Positions 8,666 through 18,869 are shown, counted from the stretch's first letter. The stretch: 64,000 bases of DNA from Alphaproteobacteria bacterium (GCA_045111335.1 JBGUGE010000002.1:1032-65031), one strand, 5' to 3'. Notes: generated by a model from the sequence alone, not told the origin. Numbers and translations are program-made.

Positions 8666-10054
8666 ATGACGGCGGATTTGCTGAAAATATGGCATCGGGC
8701 ATACGAAATTGTGCCTGAGCAGTTGAAGCGCGCGGCAAAAGTCGAGCGCGTTGCCACAGCTTTCAATACCAATATCGATGCCGTTGTTAAAATAAGCGGA
8801 AAGCGATTGTCCGAGCTTGCCGCAGAAGTCGGTATGAAATCTGCAGATTTACAAAATCCGCAAACAAAGTTGCACACGCCGCAAGATGCGGTGCGCGGAA
8901 TCAGCAAATGTTTTATCAACGGAATAGCCGAAGAATGGCTGTGTGATGACAAAGAGGTTTATACATGGCTTGAAGAGCATCTCGGTTGTAAACGGTTGCA
9001 AATGGGCGGACAGGCAGGGATTATTGCCAATGTGTCGGCGATTTTGGGGGTGCAACAGGTTTATGCTCATACCGCTGCGCATCCGAAATTAATGGCCGAG
9101 CAATTTGTTGATGCCGATAATTTATGTGCTTTTGCCGCGGACGGCACGAAACAAAAAGCGCGTGAGGTTAATCGCGACGGTGAAGAGCCGCCGATTCATC
9201 TGATTATGGAATTTGACGCCGGCGATACTCTGAGTTTGGATAACCAAATTTATATTTGCCCGAAATCTAATCGTTTTATTGCGACTTATGATACGGTTAA
9301 TACTGCGCTGAAAATCAATGACGGATTTGTAAAATACATTGATAGTCTGGGGTTTGATTTTATGATTTTGTCGGGCTTTCATGCTTTAACAGCGGAGCAC
9401 GGCGGGTTGCAGCGGATTGCCGAAACATTGCCGCTGATAAAAAAATGGAAACAAGCGAATCCGAACGGAATTATTCATTTAGAACTGGCATCAACTCAGG
9501 ATTTGGCAGTGCGGCGGGCTATTTTGGAACAATTGGCGCCGGTGGTGGATTCGCTGGGCTTGAACGAGCGAGAAGCTTTAGAAGCGGAAGAAATTGTTGC
9601 ACCCAAGAGAGATGCGCGGAACAATTTGAATGCTGTCGCGTTGCTCAATATTTTGCTTGAGCTGAAACAAAAATTGCAAACACCGAGGATTCAGTTGCAT
9701 TTTTACGGGATGTATATGACCTTGCAAAACAAAGATTTTCCGATTACTCCGGAGCAAAATAAACGCGGGATGATGTTGGCGGCCACGGTGGCGGCATCTA
9801 AGGCTGCTACTGGAAATATCGAAATTAAGAGCAATCTTTTGCAGGCTCACGGCAGGCAAATCGGGGAAAAATCGCTACAGAATTTATGTGAGTTGGCAGC
9901 GGCCTTGAACAATTCGGCAGTAAGCGAATCGGGAATAACCGAATGCGGAGGATTTGATTTAATTGCCGTACCGACGATTTTGGCGGAAAAACCGCTGACT
10001 TTGGTGGGTATGGGTGATACAATTTCAGCCGTATCGCTGATTGGGGCAAGATAA
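8666..10054 (+). CDS. ADP-dependent sugar kinase (ADP-dependent glucokinase/phosphofructokinase family, PF04587)
   Basis: Family motifs in order: NTNIDAV, RLQMGGQAGIIANV, IHLELAS, HFYGMYMTL, C-terminal GMGDTISAVSLIGA. 462 aa matches family size. Confidence 0.8.
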   Translation: MTADLLKIWHRAYEIVPEQLKRAAKVERVATAFNTNIDAVVKISGKRLSELAAEVGMKSADLQNPQTKLHTPQDAVRGISKCFINGIAEEWLCDDKEVYTWLEEHLGCKRLQMGGQAGIIANVSAILGVQQVYAHTAAHPKLMAEQFVDADNLCAFAADGTKQKAREVNRDGEEPPIHLIMEFDAGDTLSLDNQIYICPKSNRFIATYDTVNTALKINDGFVKYIDSLGFDFMILSGFHALTAEHGGLQRIAETLPLIKKWKQANPNGIIHLELASTQDLAVRRAILEQLAPVVDSLGLNEREALEAEEIVAPKRDARNNLNAVALLNILLELKQKLQTPRIQLHFYGMYMTLQNKDFPITPEQNKRGMMLAATVAASKAATGNIEIKSNLLQAHGRQIGEKSLQNLCELAAALNNSAVSESGITECGGFDLIAVPTILAEKPLTLVGMGDTISAVSLIGAR

Positions 10055-10157
10055 AATATAAAATAGGTCATTAAAATATTAAAAAAGACTTGCATTTTCA
10101 AAAGATTCTATGTATAACCTTTTCACAACAAAAAAGTTTTGCAATAGGGTATGAAAA

Positions 10158-10631
10158 ATGGCTAGAGTTACAGTTGAAGATTGTATTGATAAACTTCCGA
10201 ATCGTTATGAGTTGGTTTTGGTTGCGGCGCAACGCGCCAAAGATATTTCTGCCGGTTCCATGATTTTGGTTGACCGTGATAACGATAAAAATTCGGTGGT
10301 TGCTTTGCGTGAAATTTCCGAGAATCGCGTCAGCATTGAAGATTTGCAGGAATCTTTGGTTAAGAATCAGCAAAAGTTGGTTGAGATTCAAGAGCCGGAA
10401 GATGAGGAAGTCGAGATTATTTCGGCCGAGAAAGAGTTAGCGTCTTTGGGCGTTCAGTTCTCCAGCGATATGATCAGCGACGAGGATTTGAACAATGTTA
10501 TGCAGATTCATGACGGTACCGAGGATGATGACAACTTAGATTTGGATTCCGATGTTGATGATATTGATTTTGACGACAGCGCCGATTTCGGTGATGAATC
10601 ATACGATGACGATATGGATGATTTAGATTAA
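10158..10631 (+). CDS. rpoZ: DNA-directed RNA polymerase subunit omega with long acidic C-terminal tail
   Basis: [31 protein letters not shown]-terminus. Located upstream of rsh. 157 aa with a D/E-rich C-terminal ~60 aa. Confidence 0.85.
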   Translation: MARVTVEDCIDKLPNRYELVLVAAQRAKDISAGSMILVDRDNDKNSVVALREISENRVSIEDLQESLVKNQQKLVEIQEPEDEEVEIISAEKELASLGVQFSSDMISDEDLNNVMQIHDGTEDDDNLDLDSDVDDIDFDDSADFGDESYDDDMDDLD

Positions 10632-10715
10632 AAAAATCATAAATTTAACTTTTATTAAAGCAAAACATATTATATAAATAGGGTATGTTTTGCTTTTTTA
10701 TTTAGAGGGTGTGCC

Positions 10716-12857
10716 ATGTTACGGCAATATGAATTGGTCGATTTGGTAAAATCTTACGATCCGTATGCGGACGAAGATGCGCTCAATCGTGCCTATGTGT
10801 TTGCCCTAAAAAAACATGGTTCGCAGTTGCGTACTTCCGGCGATCCGTATTATTCACACCCGATTGAGGTTGCCGGTATTCTCACCAAATATAAGCTTGA
10901 TTCGGCTTCCATTATTGCTGCCCTGTTGCATGATACGGTTGAAGATACCGATACTACCCTTGATGAAATTAAAGAGCTTTTCGGTGATCAGGTGGCGCAA
11001 TTGGTGGACGGCTTAACCAAATTGGCCATGTTGGAGCATAAATCCGGTTCCAGTAAACAGGCGGAAAACTTCCGCAAACTGTTGCTTGCAATGAGTGAGG
11101 ATATTCGCGTTTTGCTGATTAAATTGGCTGACCGATTGCACAATATGCGCACTTTAAGGTTTTGTCCGCCGGATAAACGTGCTCGCATTGCGCGTGAAAC
11201 GCTTGATATTTATGCACCTCTGGCCGAGCGTATCGGTATGGAGGAACTCAAGGAAGAAATGGATGAGATTGCCTTTGCCGAGCTGTATAAAGATGCTCAT
11301 GATTCCATTGTGACGCGGTTGAATTTTTTGCGTGAGCAGGGCAATGACGTAGTGCCGAAAATCATTAAGCAACTTGAAAAAGATATGGAAGATAACGGCG
11401 TGCATTGTACCATCACCGGTCGCGAAAAAGCTCCGTATTCGATTTGGCGTAAAATGCAGCTGAAAAATGCATCGTTTGAGCAACTGTCGGACATTATGGC
11501 TTTTCGTATTTGTGTGGATACGGTGGCGGATTGCTATCAGGCTCTCGGTATTATTCACAGCAAATATCATATGGTGCCGCGTCGTTTTAAGGACTATATT
11601 TCTACCCCGAAGCCGAACGGTTATCAATCGTTGCATACCGGTGTTATCGGGCCTTTGGACGTGCGAATCGAAGTGCAGATTCGTACTTATGAAATGCATG
11701 AGGTCAACGAAAAAGGTGTGGCGGCACACTGGGCATATAAACAGGGACAGCATACCGAGGGTAAAAACTTCCGTTGGGTACGCGAGCTTTTGGAGATTCT
11801 CGATCAGGCTCAGAATCCGGATGAGTTTTTGGAAAACACCAAGCTTGAAATGTATAACGACCAAGTGTTTTGTTTTACGCCGAAAGGGGACTTAATCGGC
11901 CTGCCGATGGGTTCGACGCCGGTTGATTTTGCGTATGCCATTCACTCTAATGTGGGCAATACCTGTGTCGGGGCTAAGATCAACGGCGAAATCAAGCCGC
12001 TCAGAACCATTTTGCAAAACGGTGACCAAGTCGAGGTGCTAACCGCCAAAAATCAACACCCGTCGCTTGAGTGGGACAGATTTGTGGTGACCGGAAAAGC
12101 CAAGGCGGCTATTCGTCGTTATGTGCGGATTAATAAGCGTGAGCAATTTATTGCTCTGGGCAAGGAAATCGTCGAAAAACTGTTTAAATCGGAAGATCAG
12201 GAGTTTTCGGAAAAAGAGCTGGTGTCGTATTTATCCAATTTTGAGGCGGAAACGGTTGATGATGTTTATGCCAAAGTCGGCGAAGGTTTGGTAACCGGTT
12301 GGGATGTGTTGCGTGTAATGCATCCGGCGTATCGTCAGTCCAAATTAGAAAAAGTGGTGAGTGCCATCAAGCTACCGGTATTCAGCAAAAAGAGTCAACC
12401 GAAAAAAGATTCGCTTAAGATTCGCGGCTTGATTGACGGTATGGCAATGCATTTTGCCGGTTGTTGCCACCCGTTGCCGGGCGACAGGATTGTCGGGATT
12501 GTAACTACCGGTAAAGGGGTTACCATTCACACGGTTGATTGTCCGTCTTTGCATAATTATGAAAACGAGCCGGAGCGGTGGCTCGATGTGGATTGGGGAC
12601 CGGATGCCGAGCAGGAAAAGCACGTTGCACGCCTTAAACTTATGCTCAGCAACGAGCCGGGGGCATTGGCCGAGGTGGCAAATATCGTAGCCAAAGCGGA
12701 AGCTAATATTATTAACTTGAATATTACATATCGCACACTAAGTTATTTTGAAATATTGCTCGATATTGAAATTAAAAATGTTGAACAATTAAACAGCTTA
12801 ATTATGAATATGCGCGCCGAAAAACTCATCAGTTATGTCGCCCGCGCCAACAAATAA
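10716..12857 (+). CDS. rsh: bifunctional (p)ppGpp synthetase/hydrolase
   Basis: HD domain (HDTVEDT), synthetase domain, TGS and C-terminal ACT domains. 713 aa. Confidence 0.9.
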   Translation: MLRQYELVDLVKSYDPYADEDALNRAYVFALKKHGSQLRTSGDPYYSHPIEVAGILTKYKLDSASIIAALLHDTVEDTDTTLDEIKELFGDQVAQLVDGLTKLAMLEHKSGSSKQAENFRKLLLAMSEDIRVLLIKLADRLHNMRTLRFCPPDKRARIARETLDIYAPLAERIGMEELKEEMDEIAFAELYKDAHDSIVTRLNFLREQGNDVVPKIIKQLEKDMEDNGVHCTITGREKAPYSIWRKMQLKNASFEQLSDIMAFRICVDTVADCYQALGIIHSKYHMVPRRFKDYISTPKPNGYQSLHTGVIGPLDVRIEVQIRTYEMHEVNEKGVAAHWAYKQGQHTEGKNFRWVRELLEILDQAQNPDEFLENTKLEMYNDQVFCFTPKGDLIGLPMGSTPVDFAYAIHSNVGNTCVGAKINGEIKPLRTILQNGDQVEVLTAKNQHPSLEWDRFVVTGKAKAAIRRYVRINKREQFIALGKEIVEKLFKSEDQEFSEKELVSYLSNFEAETVDDVYAKVGEGLVTGWDVLRVMHPAYRQSKLEKVVSAIKLPVFSKKSQPKKDSLKIRGLIDGMAMHFAGCCHPLPGDRIVGIVTTGKGVTIHTVDCPSLHNYENEPERWLDVDWGPDAEQEKHVARLKLMLSNEPGALAEVANIVAKAEANIINLNITYRTLSYFEILLDIEIKNVEQLNSLIMNMRAEKLISYVARANK

Positions 12858-12868
12858 CGAGGTGTGTT

Positions 12869-13396
12869 GTGGAACAGATTAAAGTTTATTTCAGCAGATT
12901 GCTTAAAAAAATGTTGGTGCAACTCAAGCGCCTGCAGGGTACTCCGTATTCTATTGCCGCCGGTTTTGCCTGCGGAGTGGCAATATCTTTTACGCCGTTT
13001 ATCGGGTTGCATTTGGTTATGGCGGCGATTATTGCGTGGCTGATTCGCGGCAATGTGGTGTCATCGGCCATCGGCACGCTTATCGGCAATCCGTGGACAT
13101 TTCCGTTTATCTGGATTGCCGTGCTTTCAACCGGGCGATTTTTATTGGGCGATGCTTCGGCTGTCGGGAACGTTAATTTTATTCGCATTTTCGAATCGGC
13201 CAGTAAGGCGCTGATTACCTTTGATTTCAGAAATTTCGGGCGAGATGTCTGGCCGATATTCTTTCCGATGCTTATCGGGTGTATTCCGTATTTTATTGTG
13301 GCGTGGTTTGTATCGTATGAATTGATTAAAACGACGCTGGATAAAATAGCATTGCGGCGGGCAAAACGGTCGCAAATGAAAGGAGAAAATAAATGA
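12869..13396 (+). CDS. DUF2062 family membrane protein
   Basis: GTG start. GFACGVAISFTPFIGLHLV motif. Conserved rsh-DUF2062-acpS synteny of alphaproteobacteria. Confidence 0.6.
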   Translation: MEQIKVYFSRLLKKMLVQLKRLQGTPYSIAAGFACGVAISFTPFIGLHLVMAAIIAWLIRGNVVSSAIGTLIGNPWTFPFIWIAVLSTGRFLLGDASAVGNVNFIRIFESASKALITFDFRNFGRDVWPIFFPMLIGCIPYFIVAWFVSYELIKTTLDKIALRRAKRSQMKGENK

Positions 13397-13785
13397 TTGT
13401 GGGACTGGGCAGTGATATTGTCAATATTGAGCGAATCCAGAATTCGGCGGATTATCTGCAACATTTTGCCGCACGGATTTTGGGTGCAGACGAGCAGGCG
13501 GAAATCAGGCGCAACGGTGCGGCCAAAGATGCGCGTTTTCGGGAGTTGCTGGCTAAATATTACGCGGCTAAAGAGGCTTTTGCCAAGGCACTCGGTACCG
13601 GTTTCCGCGATGGTATTTTTTTTAAGGATATTCAGGTTTTGCATAATGATTTGGGTAAACCCGAATTGAAAATCAGCGGTACGGCCTTGAAATATTTAAA
13701 TAAATTAGCGTCCAAGCCGCGTATGCAGATTACCTTGAGCGACGATATGCCGTTTGCCTTAGCCGTGGTGGTGATTGAGGGATAA
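13393..13785 (+). CDS. acpS: holo-[acyl-carrier-protein] synthase
   Basis: MIVGLGSDIVNIERI N-terminus. 130 aa. EAFAKALGTG motif. Confidence 0.8.
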   Translation: MIVGLGSDIVNIERIQNSADYLQHFAARILGADEQAEIRRNGAAKDARFRELLAKYYAAKEAFAKALGTGFRDGIFFKDIQVLHNDLGKPELKISGTALKYLNKLASKPRMQITLSDDMPFALAVVVIEG

Positions 13786-13910
13786 TTTTTTCGGCCGAAT
13801 ATTAAACCGGCACAACCATGGCAAAACTCGGATAATGTGACAGATGCGCAGTGCTTTTTGAGCAACGCGCACATAAACGGTACAGGCAGATGGTCATTAT
13901 ACGATTTTCA

Positions 13911-14504
13911 TTATATTTCTTTGCGGGCGGAGAGAGCCAGCTGAATAGTCCCGTCATCCATATAATCCAGCTCGCCGCCGAGCGGCAGTCCTTGCGCGAG
14001 GGTGGTAATTTTTACCGGATATTCTTTTAAGCGCGCCAACAGATAGTGATTGGTAATTTGCCCGTCAATCGTGGCCGGGAGCGCCAAGATGACTTCTTTG
14101 ATTTGCCTTTCGGCCAGTCTGGAAAACAACGATTCAATATTGAGATCTTCAGGTGTGATACCATCCAATGCCGAGAGAATACCGCCTAAAACATGGTATT
14201 GCCCGCGATAAATGCCGGTGCGTTCCATCGCCCACAAATCGGCAATATCCTGAACTACGCAGACTATATCGGTATCGCGAGCGGTGTCAGCGCAAATCGA
14301 ACACGGCTCCTCGGTGTCAAAATTGCCGCAGATCGGGCATTTTTTTATGTTGTCGGCCACATTTTGCAGTGCGACAATCAGCGGCAACATCGTTGTTTCT
14401 TTTTTCTTCAATAAGTGCAGAACAATGCGCCGCGCCGACCGCGCGCCCAAAGCCGGAAGCTTGGCGATAAGCTTGATTAATTGTTCAATGTCATTGCTCT
14501 GCAA
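13911..14504 (-). CDS. recR: recombination protein RecR
   Basis: C4 zinc finger CPICGNFDTEEPCSIC. Toprim region. 197 aa. Confidence 0.9.
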   Translation of the reverse strand: MQSNDIEQLIKLIAKLPALGARSARRIVLHLLKKKETTMLPLIVALQNVADNIKKCPICGNFDTEEPCSICADTARDTDIVCVVQDIADLWAMERTGIYRGQYHVLGGILSALDGITPEDLNIESLFSRLAERQIKEVILALPATIDGQITNHYLLARLKEYPVKITTLAQGLPLGGELDYMDDGTIQLALSARKEI

Positions 14505-14514
14505 TTTCTAACGC

Positions 14515-14835
14515 CTAAAACGGGAGTTTCAAACCGCCGAGACCGACACCGTTGGTAGCTTCTTTCATACCCTCGTCCATCATGGCGTCGATTTTTTGGT
14601 GTGCATCGTTATATGCGGCCAAAATCAAATCTTCCAAAACATCGACTTCTTCGGCATTTATCAAAGACTTATCAATGTTCAGGCTCTTCATTTCCGACTT
14701 GCCGTTAAGCACAATTTTTACCATACCGCCGCCGGAGGTTCCTTCACGCTCTTCTTGTCCTAACTTAGCTTGCGTTTCTTGCATTTTGCGTTGCATTTGT
14801 TGTGCTTGTTTCATAATTCCTTGAATATTCAGCAT
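14515..14835 (-). CDS. ybaB: nucleoid-associated protein YbaB/EbfC
   Basis: 106 aa. QMQRKMQETQ ... GGGMVKIVLNG motif. Located between dnaX and recR. Confidence 0.85.
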   Translation of the reverse strand: MLNIQGIMKQAQQMQRKMQETQAKLGQEEREGTSGGGMVKIVLNGKSEMKSLNIDKSLINAEEVDVLEDLILAAYNDAHQKIDAMMDEGMKEATNGVGLGGLKLPF

Positions 14836-14838
14836 TTT

Positions 14839-16512
14839 TTAATCCTCATAAGTTTCTGTTATTGTTTCTTCCGCAACAAACTCGGCCGGCTCTTCATCTT
14901 CGGCTTCTTCTGCCTGTTTGCGGATAATTGTCTCTATTTTAGCACCGTTAAACTCGTTAAGTATAGCCTTTACCAAAGGATATTCAGAGATATTTTTCTT
15001 ATCGCGGTTAAGTTCTTTGGCTTCCAAAAACGCCAATGTTTCGCCGAGCGGCTCATAATCTATATCGATTTTCCACGGCATACCGGTTTCTTTTTCCAAG
15101 AAATTGCGGAAATTGAACACCAAATTTTTATCCGCCTTTTCCGAAACGGCAATGCGTATATGTCCTGTCGCAAATGATTTGAACGAAATATCGTTTTTAA
15201 TCGCAAACATCAGCATCGGTACTTTTTTAGCGGTCATCAAACGCAGTAAATCATCGGTATTTTCCAAAACAACGGCATCGGAGCTTGCGCTTTCAAGAGG
15301 GGAATCTTCCTCGTTGCCGGCAGAAGGGTGATTATTGTTCAGGCCGGATTTTTTTTTTAATTCCTCAAGCAGGGCTGCCGGAGTAGGAAGCGAGGCGGAA
15401 TATGCAATCCGTATCAGTATCATCTCTAAGGCATCAATCTGCACCGCGGCGTATTGCAACTCACTCAATCCTTTAATCAGCATCTGCCATATTTTGGAAA
15501 GAATCGCAATCGGGGCACCGCTGAGTTTTTTGCATAATTCACGGTCATTTTCGCTGAGCGAAGCGTCATTGGTAAATTCCGGCAGAACCTTGATTTTAGC
15601 GGTCAGATGCGTAATTTCGATTAAATCTTGCAACAGTAGCATCGGGGTTGCGCCGTTGGTATACAGGGTTTGCAATGTTTGCAAAACCCCGGCCACATCG
15701 CCGCTTAAGAGTTTTTCATAAAGTTCGCCGCTTTGTTGGCGGTCGGCCAGACCGAGCATATTTTTGACGGTTTGCGCCTGAACCTTGCCGTCGCCGAGTA
15801 CAATTGCCTGATCGAGCATTGAAAGTCCGTCGCGGGCCGAACCGTCGGCGGCTCGTGCCACAATATGCAGAGCTTCTTCATCAAATTCTATTTTTTCGGA
15901 AGTCAAAACCTTACGGAACAGCGTGGTCAGCGTTTCAATGCTTAAACGTTGTAAATCGAAGCGTTGGCAACGCGACAAAATCGTGACCGGAACTTTGCGA
16001 ATTTCGGTGGTAGCAAAAATAAACTTAACGTGTGCCGGCGGCTCTTCCAGCGTTTTTAACAGCGCATTAAAGGCACTTTTGGAGAGCATGTGAACTTCGT
16101 CGATGATGTATACTTTGTAGCGGGCGCTTACCGGTTTATAACGTACGCCGTCCAAAATTTCCCGCATATCATCAACGCCGGTTTTGGAGGCCGCATCAAG
16201 CTCTATAACATCAATGTGTTTGCCGGCGGCAATGGCTTTGCAATTTTCGCACTCACCGCACGGATGAATGGTCGATTCACCGTTACCATCGGGTCCGATG
16301 CAGTTAATCGCACGGGCAATCAGACGGGCGGTGGTGGTCTTTCCCACTCCGCGGATACCGGTTAAAATGTAGGCATGGTGCAGATGGTTATTTTTGATGG
16401 CATTGGTTAAAGTTTGCACCAAAGCATCTTGTCCGAGCAAATCTTCAAAATTTTGCGGACGATATTTGCGTGCCAACGCGATATACTGGTTATTTTCGTT
16501 TAAATCTGCCAT
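14839..16512 (-). CDS. dnaX: DNA polymerase III subunit gamma/tau
   Basis: Walker A GVGKTTTARLIARAINC. Zn-module Cys. 557 aa. Confidence 0.9.
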   Translation of the reverse strand: MADLNENNQYIALARKYRPQNFEDLLGQDALVQTLTNAIKNNHLHHAYILTGIRGVGKTTTARLIARAINCIGPDGNGESTIHPCGECENCKAIAAGKHIDVIELDAASKTGVDDMREILDGVRYKPVSARYKVYIIDEVHMLSKSAFNALLKTLEEPPAHVKFIFATTEIRKVPVTILSRCQRFDLQRLSIETLTTLFRKVLTSEKIEFDEEALHIVARAADGSARDGLSMLDQAIVLGDGKVQAQTVKNMLGLADRQQSGELYEKLLSGDVAGVLQTLQTLYTNGATPMLLLQDLIEITHLTAKIKVLPEFTNDASLSENDRELCKKLSGAPIAILSKIWQMLIKGLSELQYAAVQIDALEMILIRIAYSASLPTPAALLEELKKKSGLNNNHPSAGNEEDSPLESASSDAVVLENTDDLLRLMTAKKVPMLMFAIKNDISFKSFATGHIRIAVSEKADKNLVFNFRNFLEKETGMPWKIDIDYEPLGETLAFLEAKELNRDKKNISEYPLVKAILNEFNGAKIETIIRKQAEEAEDEEPAEFVAEETITETYED

Positions 16513-16529
16513 TGCTCTTTCTTTATTTG

Positions 16530-16625
16530 AAGGCGAAGGGACTTAGACCTTGCGACTATCGTTACGGCTGCTTCCTTCCGAATCTGACCGAGTTGGCGAA
16601 AACACAATCCTAAGCCCTTCATAAA
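16530..16625 (-). ncRNA. ffs: signal recognition particle RNA (4.5S/SRP RNA, small bacterial type)
   Basis: Minus-strand sequence ...gucagauucggaaggaagcagcc... matches the conserved domain IV motif. 5' gaagggcuuagg pairs with 3' cuaagucccuuc. Sits directly upstream of dnaX. Confidence 0.75.
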
Positions 16626-16632
16626 ACTCACT

Positions 16633-16663
16633 TATATAATGCGCAAAACAACGGTTTTTGCAA
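16633..16663 (-). promoter_or_regulatory. putative sigma70 promoter of ffs
   Basis: Read on the minus strand: TTGCAA (-35), 17 nt spacer, TATATA-like -10, a few nt upstream of the SRP RNA 5' end. Confidence 0.35.
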
Positions 16664-16686
16664 GCAAAAAAATCACTTATTACACT

Positions 16687-17961
16687 TTAGTAGTATATGT
16701 TTTGTAAGCCGGCCGGCGGGTTGCCGATAATGCGTGGTTGCATGGTATAACCTTGAGCCTGACTTTCATATGCGGTCGGATAGCCGTAGAATTGTTGCGG
16801 GGCGTATTCGGCAACATATTTTCCGCCGGACGATACTTTTACAACATCCAATCCGTGTTCGTTCAGACCGTTGGCAAAAATTCTGAATGAGCCGCTCATG
16901 CCGGTATAGCCTTCCGGACGTTCGATTTGCTCGTAAATATCGCCGCCCTGTCGTGCCAACATGGAAGCTAATGCAACCGCATCATAGGCAAAAATGCTCA
17001 ACCCGCTCGGACGTTCGCCGAACAAATCATTATATTTTTGTGCAAAACTCGACTGATTTTTCAGCGACATAACCGGATAAACCGCTCCGTACAGCTCCGT
17101 TTCTTTGTTAAGCGAACTGCTGTCCCAAACCGAAGTACCCATAAACAGCACATCCGGCGCCGCCACATCGTAGTAGCTGAACATTGAAGAAATGGCCTTC
17201 AGGCGGTTTCCTGTTTCCGGAATCAGCAAAGCGTCAAAATCAACACCGCCGTCTTTCATTTGTGTTACCAAGCCGGTAAAATCCATACTGTCCGGTGCAT
17301 AAAATCCTACTTTTGATAAACTTACCCCTTGTTTTTGCACCGCCTTAGTCAGAGAACGATACATATTGGCGCCGCTTTGGTTATTAGGTAAAACCGCGGC
17401 AATTCGGGAGCGACCGTTGTCGGCGGCATACTTTACGATACGGTTGATTTGATCTTCTTGCAACAAACCGATGGAATAAATACCTTCTTGCAACACGTTC
17501 GGTGAAGTGGAAAAGCTGATTACCGGCACATCTTGCGACTTAGCCTCAGAGCTGATGGCGGCGACTTCGTCACTCTTTAACGGGCCTAAAATCAGCTCAC
17601 TGTCGGCATTGAGAGCATTTTCAAGGGCAATCCGGGCGCCGCTGCCGGTACCTTTGGTATCATAAAATTGCACCACCAAATTGTTATTGTTTATATCTCC
17701 AATAGCCATCATAGCCGCGTTTTTCAAACTTTGTCCCAGCGCCGCATCGGCACCGCTCAGCGGCAACAGCATCGCCACTCTGAAACTGCCTTCGTGGCCT
17801 AAATCAACCTGCGAATAGTCGGTGGTCTCCACCATATCAACCGCTTTTTGATTCGGCAAATAACGATATGACGGCCGATAGAACGGTGTACGTTGCCAGA
17901 GCGAACAACTGCATATCAAAAAACAGCCGAAAATAAGACTAAATTTTTTTAACACTTGCAT
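16687..17961 (-). CDS. LpoA-like periplasmic-binding-fold lipoprotein (Peripla_BP_6)
   Basis: Lipobox LICSCS. VAMLLPLSGADAALGQSL motif. Divergent from rsmI and adjacent to yraN as in the lpoA-yraN/rsmI synteny. Confidence 0.5.
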   Translation of the reverse strand: MQVLKKFSLIFGCFLICSCSLWQRTPFYRPSYRYLPNQKAVDMVETTDYSQVDLGHEGSFRVAMLLPLSGADAALGQSLKNAAMMAIGDINNNNLVVQFYDTKGTGSGARIALENALNADSELILGPLKSDEVAAISSEAKSQDVPVISFSTSPNVLQEGIYSIGLLQEDQINRIVKYAADNGRSRIAAVLPNNQSGANMYRSLTKAVQKQGVSLSKVGFYAPDSMDFTGLVTQMKDGGVDFDALLIPETGNRLKAISSMFSYYDVAAPDVLFMGTSVWDSSSLNKETELYGAVYPVMSLKNQSSFAQKYNDLFGERPSGLSIFAYDAVALASMLARQGGDIYEQIERPEGYTGMSGSFRIFANGLNEHGLDVVKVSSGGKYVAEYAPQQFYGYPTAYESQAQGYTMQPRIIGNPPAGLQNIYY

Positions 17962-18035
17962 TTTTCCTCAAAATATCAAACAATACATATCTAATAATTC
18001 TAAATAATCTTTTTGTAAAGTTAAAGTTTAATAAA

Positions 18036-18869
18036 ATGTTAAGAAACGGATTATATATCATCGCCACGCCTATCGGCAATCTTAAGGATATTTCGCCGCG
18101 AGCCGCGGAAATATTGGAAGAAGCAGAGATTATTGCCTGCGAAGATACGCGTGTGGCTAAAAAGTTGTTTACACTTTTGGGGCTGCCCTTAAACAAAAAA
18201 TTTATCAAATATGAAGACCATTCGGAAGAAAAACAGGCGCAGGGGTTGATTGATTTGATTAATTCAGGTGCGGCGGTGGCACTTATTTCCGATGCCGGCT
18301 CACCGCTGATTTCCGACCCCGGTTATAAACTGGTGCGCAAATGTCGCGAACAGAAGGTTTATGTGACGGCGATACCGGGGGCTTGTGCAGTGATTACGGC
18401 ATTACAGCTTTCGGGGTTGCCGACCAATCGTTTTATGTTTGCCGGTTTTATTCCCAATAAAGATAAGGCGCGGGCCGATTTGTTTGACGAGCTGAAAAAT
18501 ATTGATACGACTTTGGTATTTTATGAAACCGCACCGCGATTGCTTAAAACATTGGAACAGGCGGCGCAGACGTTTGCCGGACGAGAAATTGCGGTGGCAC
18601 GCGAGCTGACCAAAATGTATGAGGAAGTTGTGGGCGGAGATATTGGCGGCGTGACCGATTATTTTACGGCCAATGAACCGCGCGGAGAGTTTGTGTTGAT
18701 GATTGCACCGCCGACACAGAAAGAGTACGAGCTTGATGATGTGCGTGAAATTTTGCAAAAGCGCCTTGCCGAAACTTCGCTTAAAACGGCGGTTAAAGAA
18801 ATCTGCACGCAATACGGCCTGAACAAAAACGAGGTATATGCGTTGGCTCTGGAGCTTAAGGATGAATAA
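18036..18869 (+). CDS. rsmI: 16S rRNA (cytidine1402-2'-O)-methyltransferase
   Basis: LYIIATPIGNLKDISPRA N-terminus. Tetrapyrrole-methylase fold. 277 aa. Confidence 0.85.
   Translation: MLRNGLYIIATPIGNLKDISPRAAEILEEAEIIACEDTRVAKKLFTLLGLPLNKKFIKYEDHSEEKQAQGLIDLINSGAAVALISDAGSPLISDPGYKLVRKCREQKVYVTAIPGACAVITALQLSGLPTNRFMFAGFIPNKDKARADLFDELKNIDTTLVFYETAPRLLKTLEQAAQTFAGREIAVARELTKMYEEVVGGDIGGVTDYFTANEPRGEFVLMIAPPTQKEYELDDVREILQKRLAETSLKTAVKEICTQYGLNKNEVYALALELKDE

Noticed and set aside
11154-11864. 236-aa minus-strand ORF and others overlapping rsh
   Set aside because: Antisense to the well-supported spoT/rsh reading frame. The composition is atypical.
12886-13644. 252-aa minus-strand ORF spanning DUF2062 and acpS
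   Set aside because: The opposite strand carries two conserved, syntenic genes with recognisable motifs. Antisense artefact.
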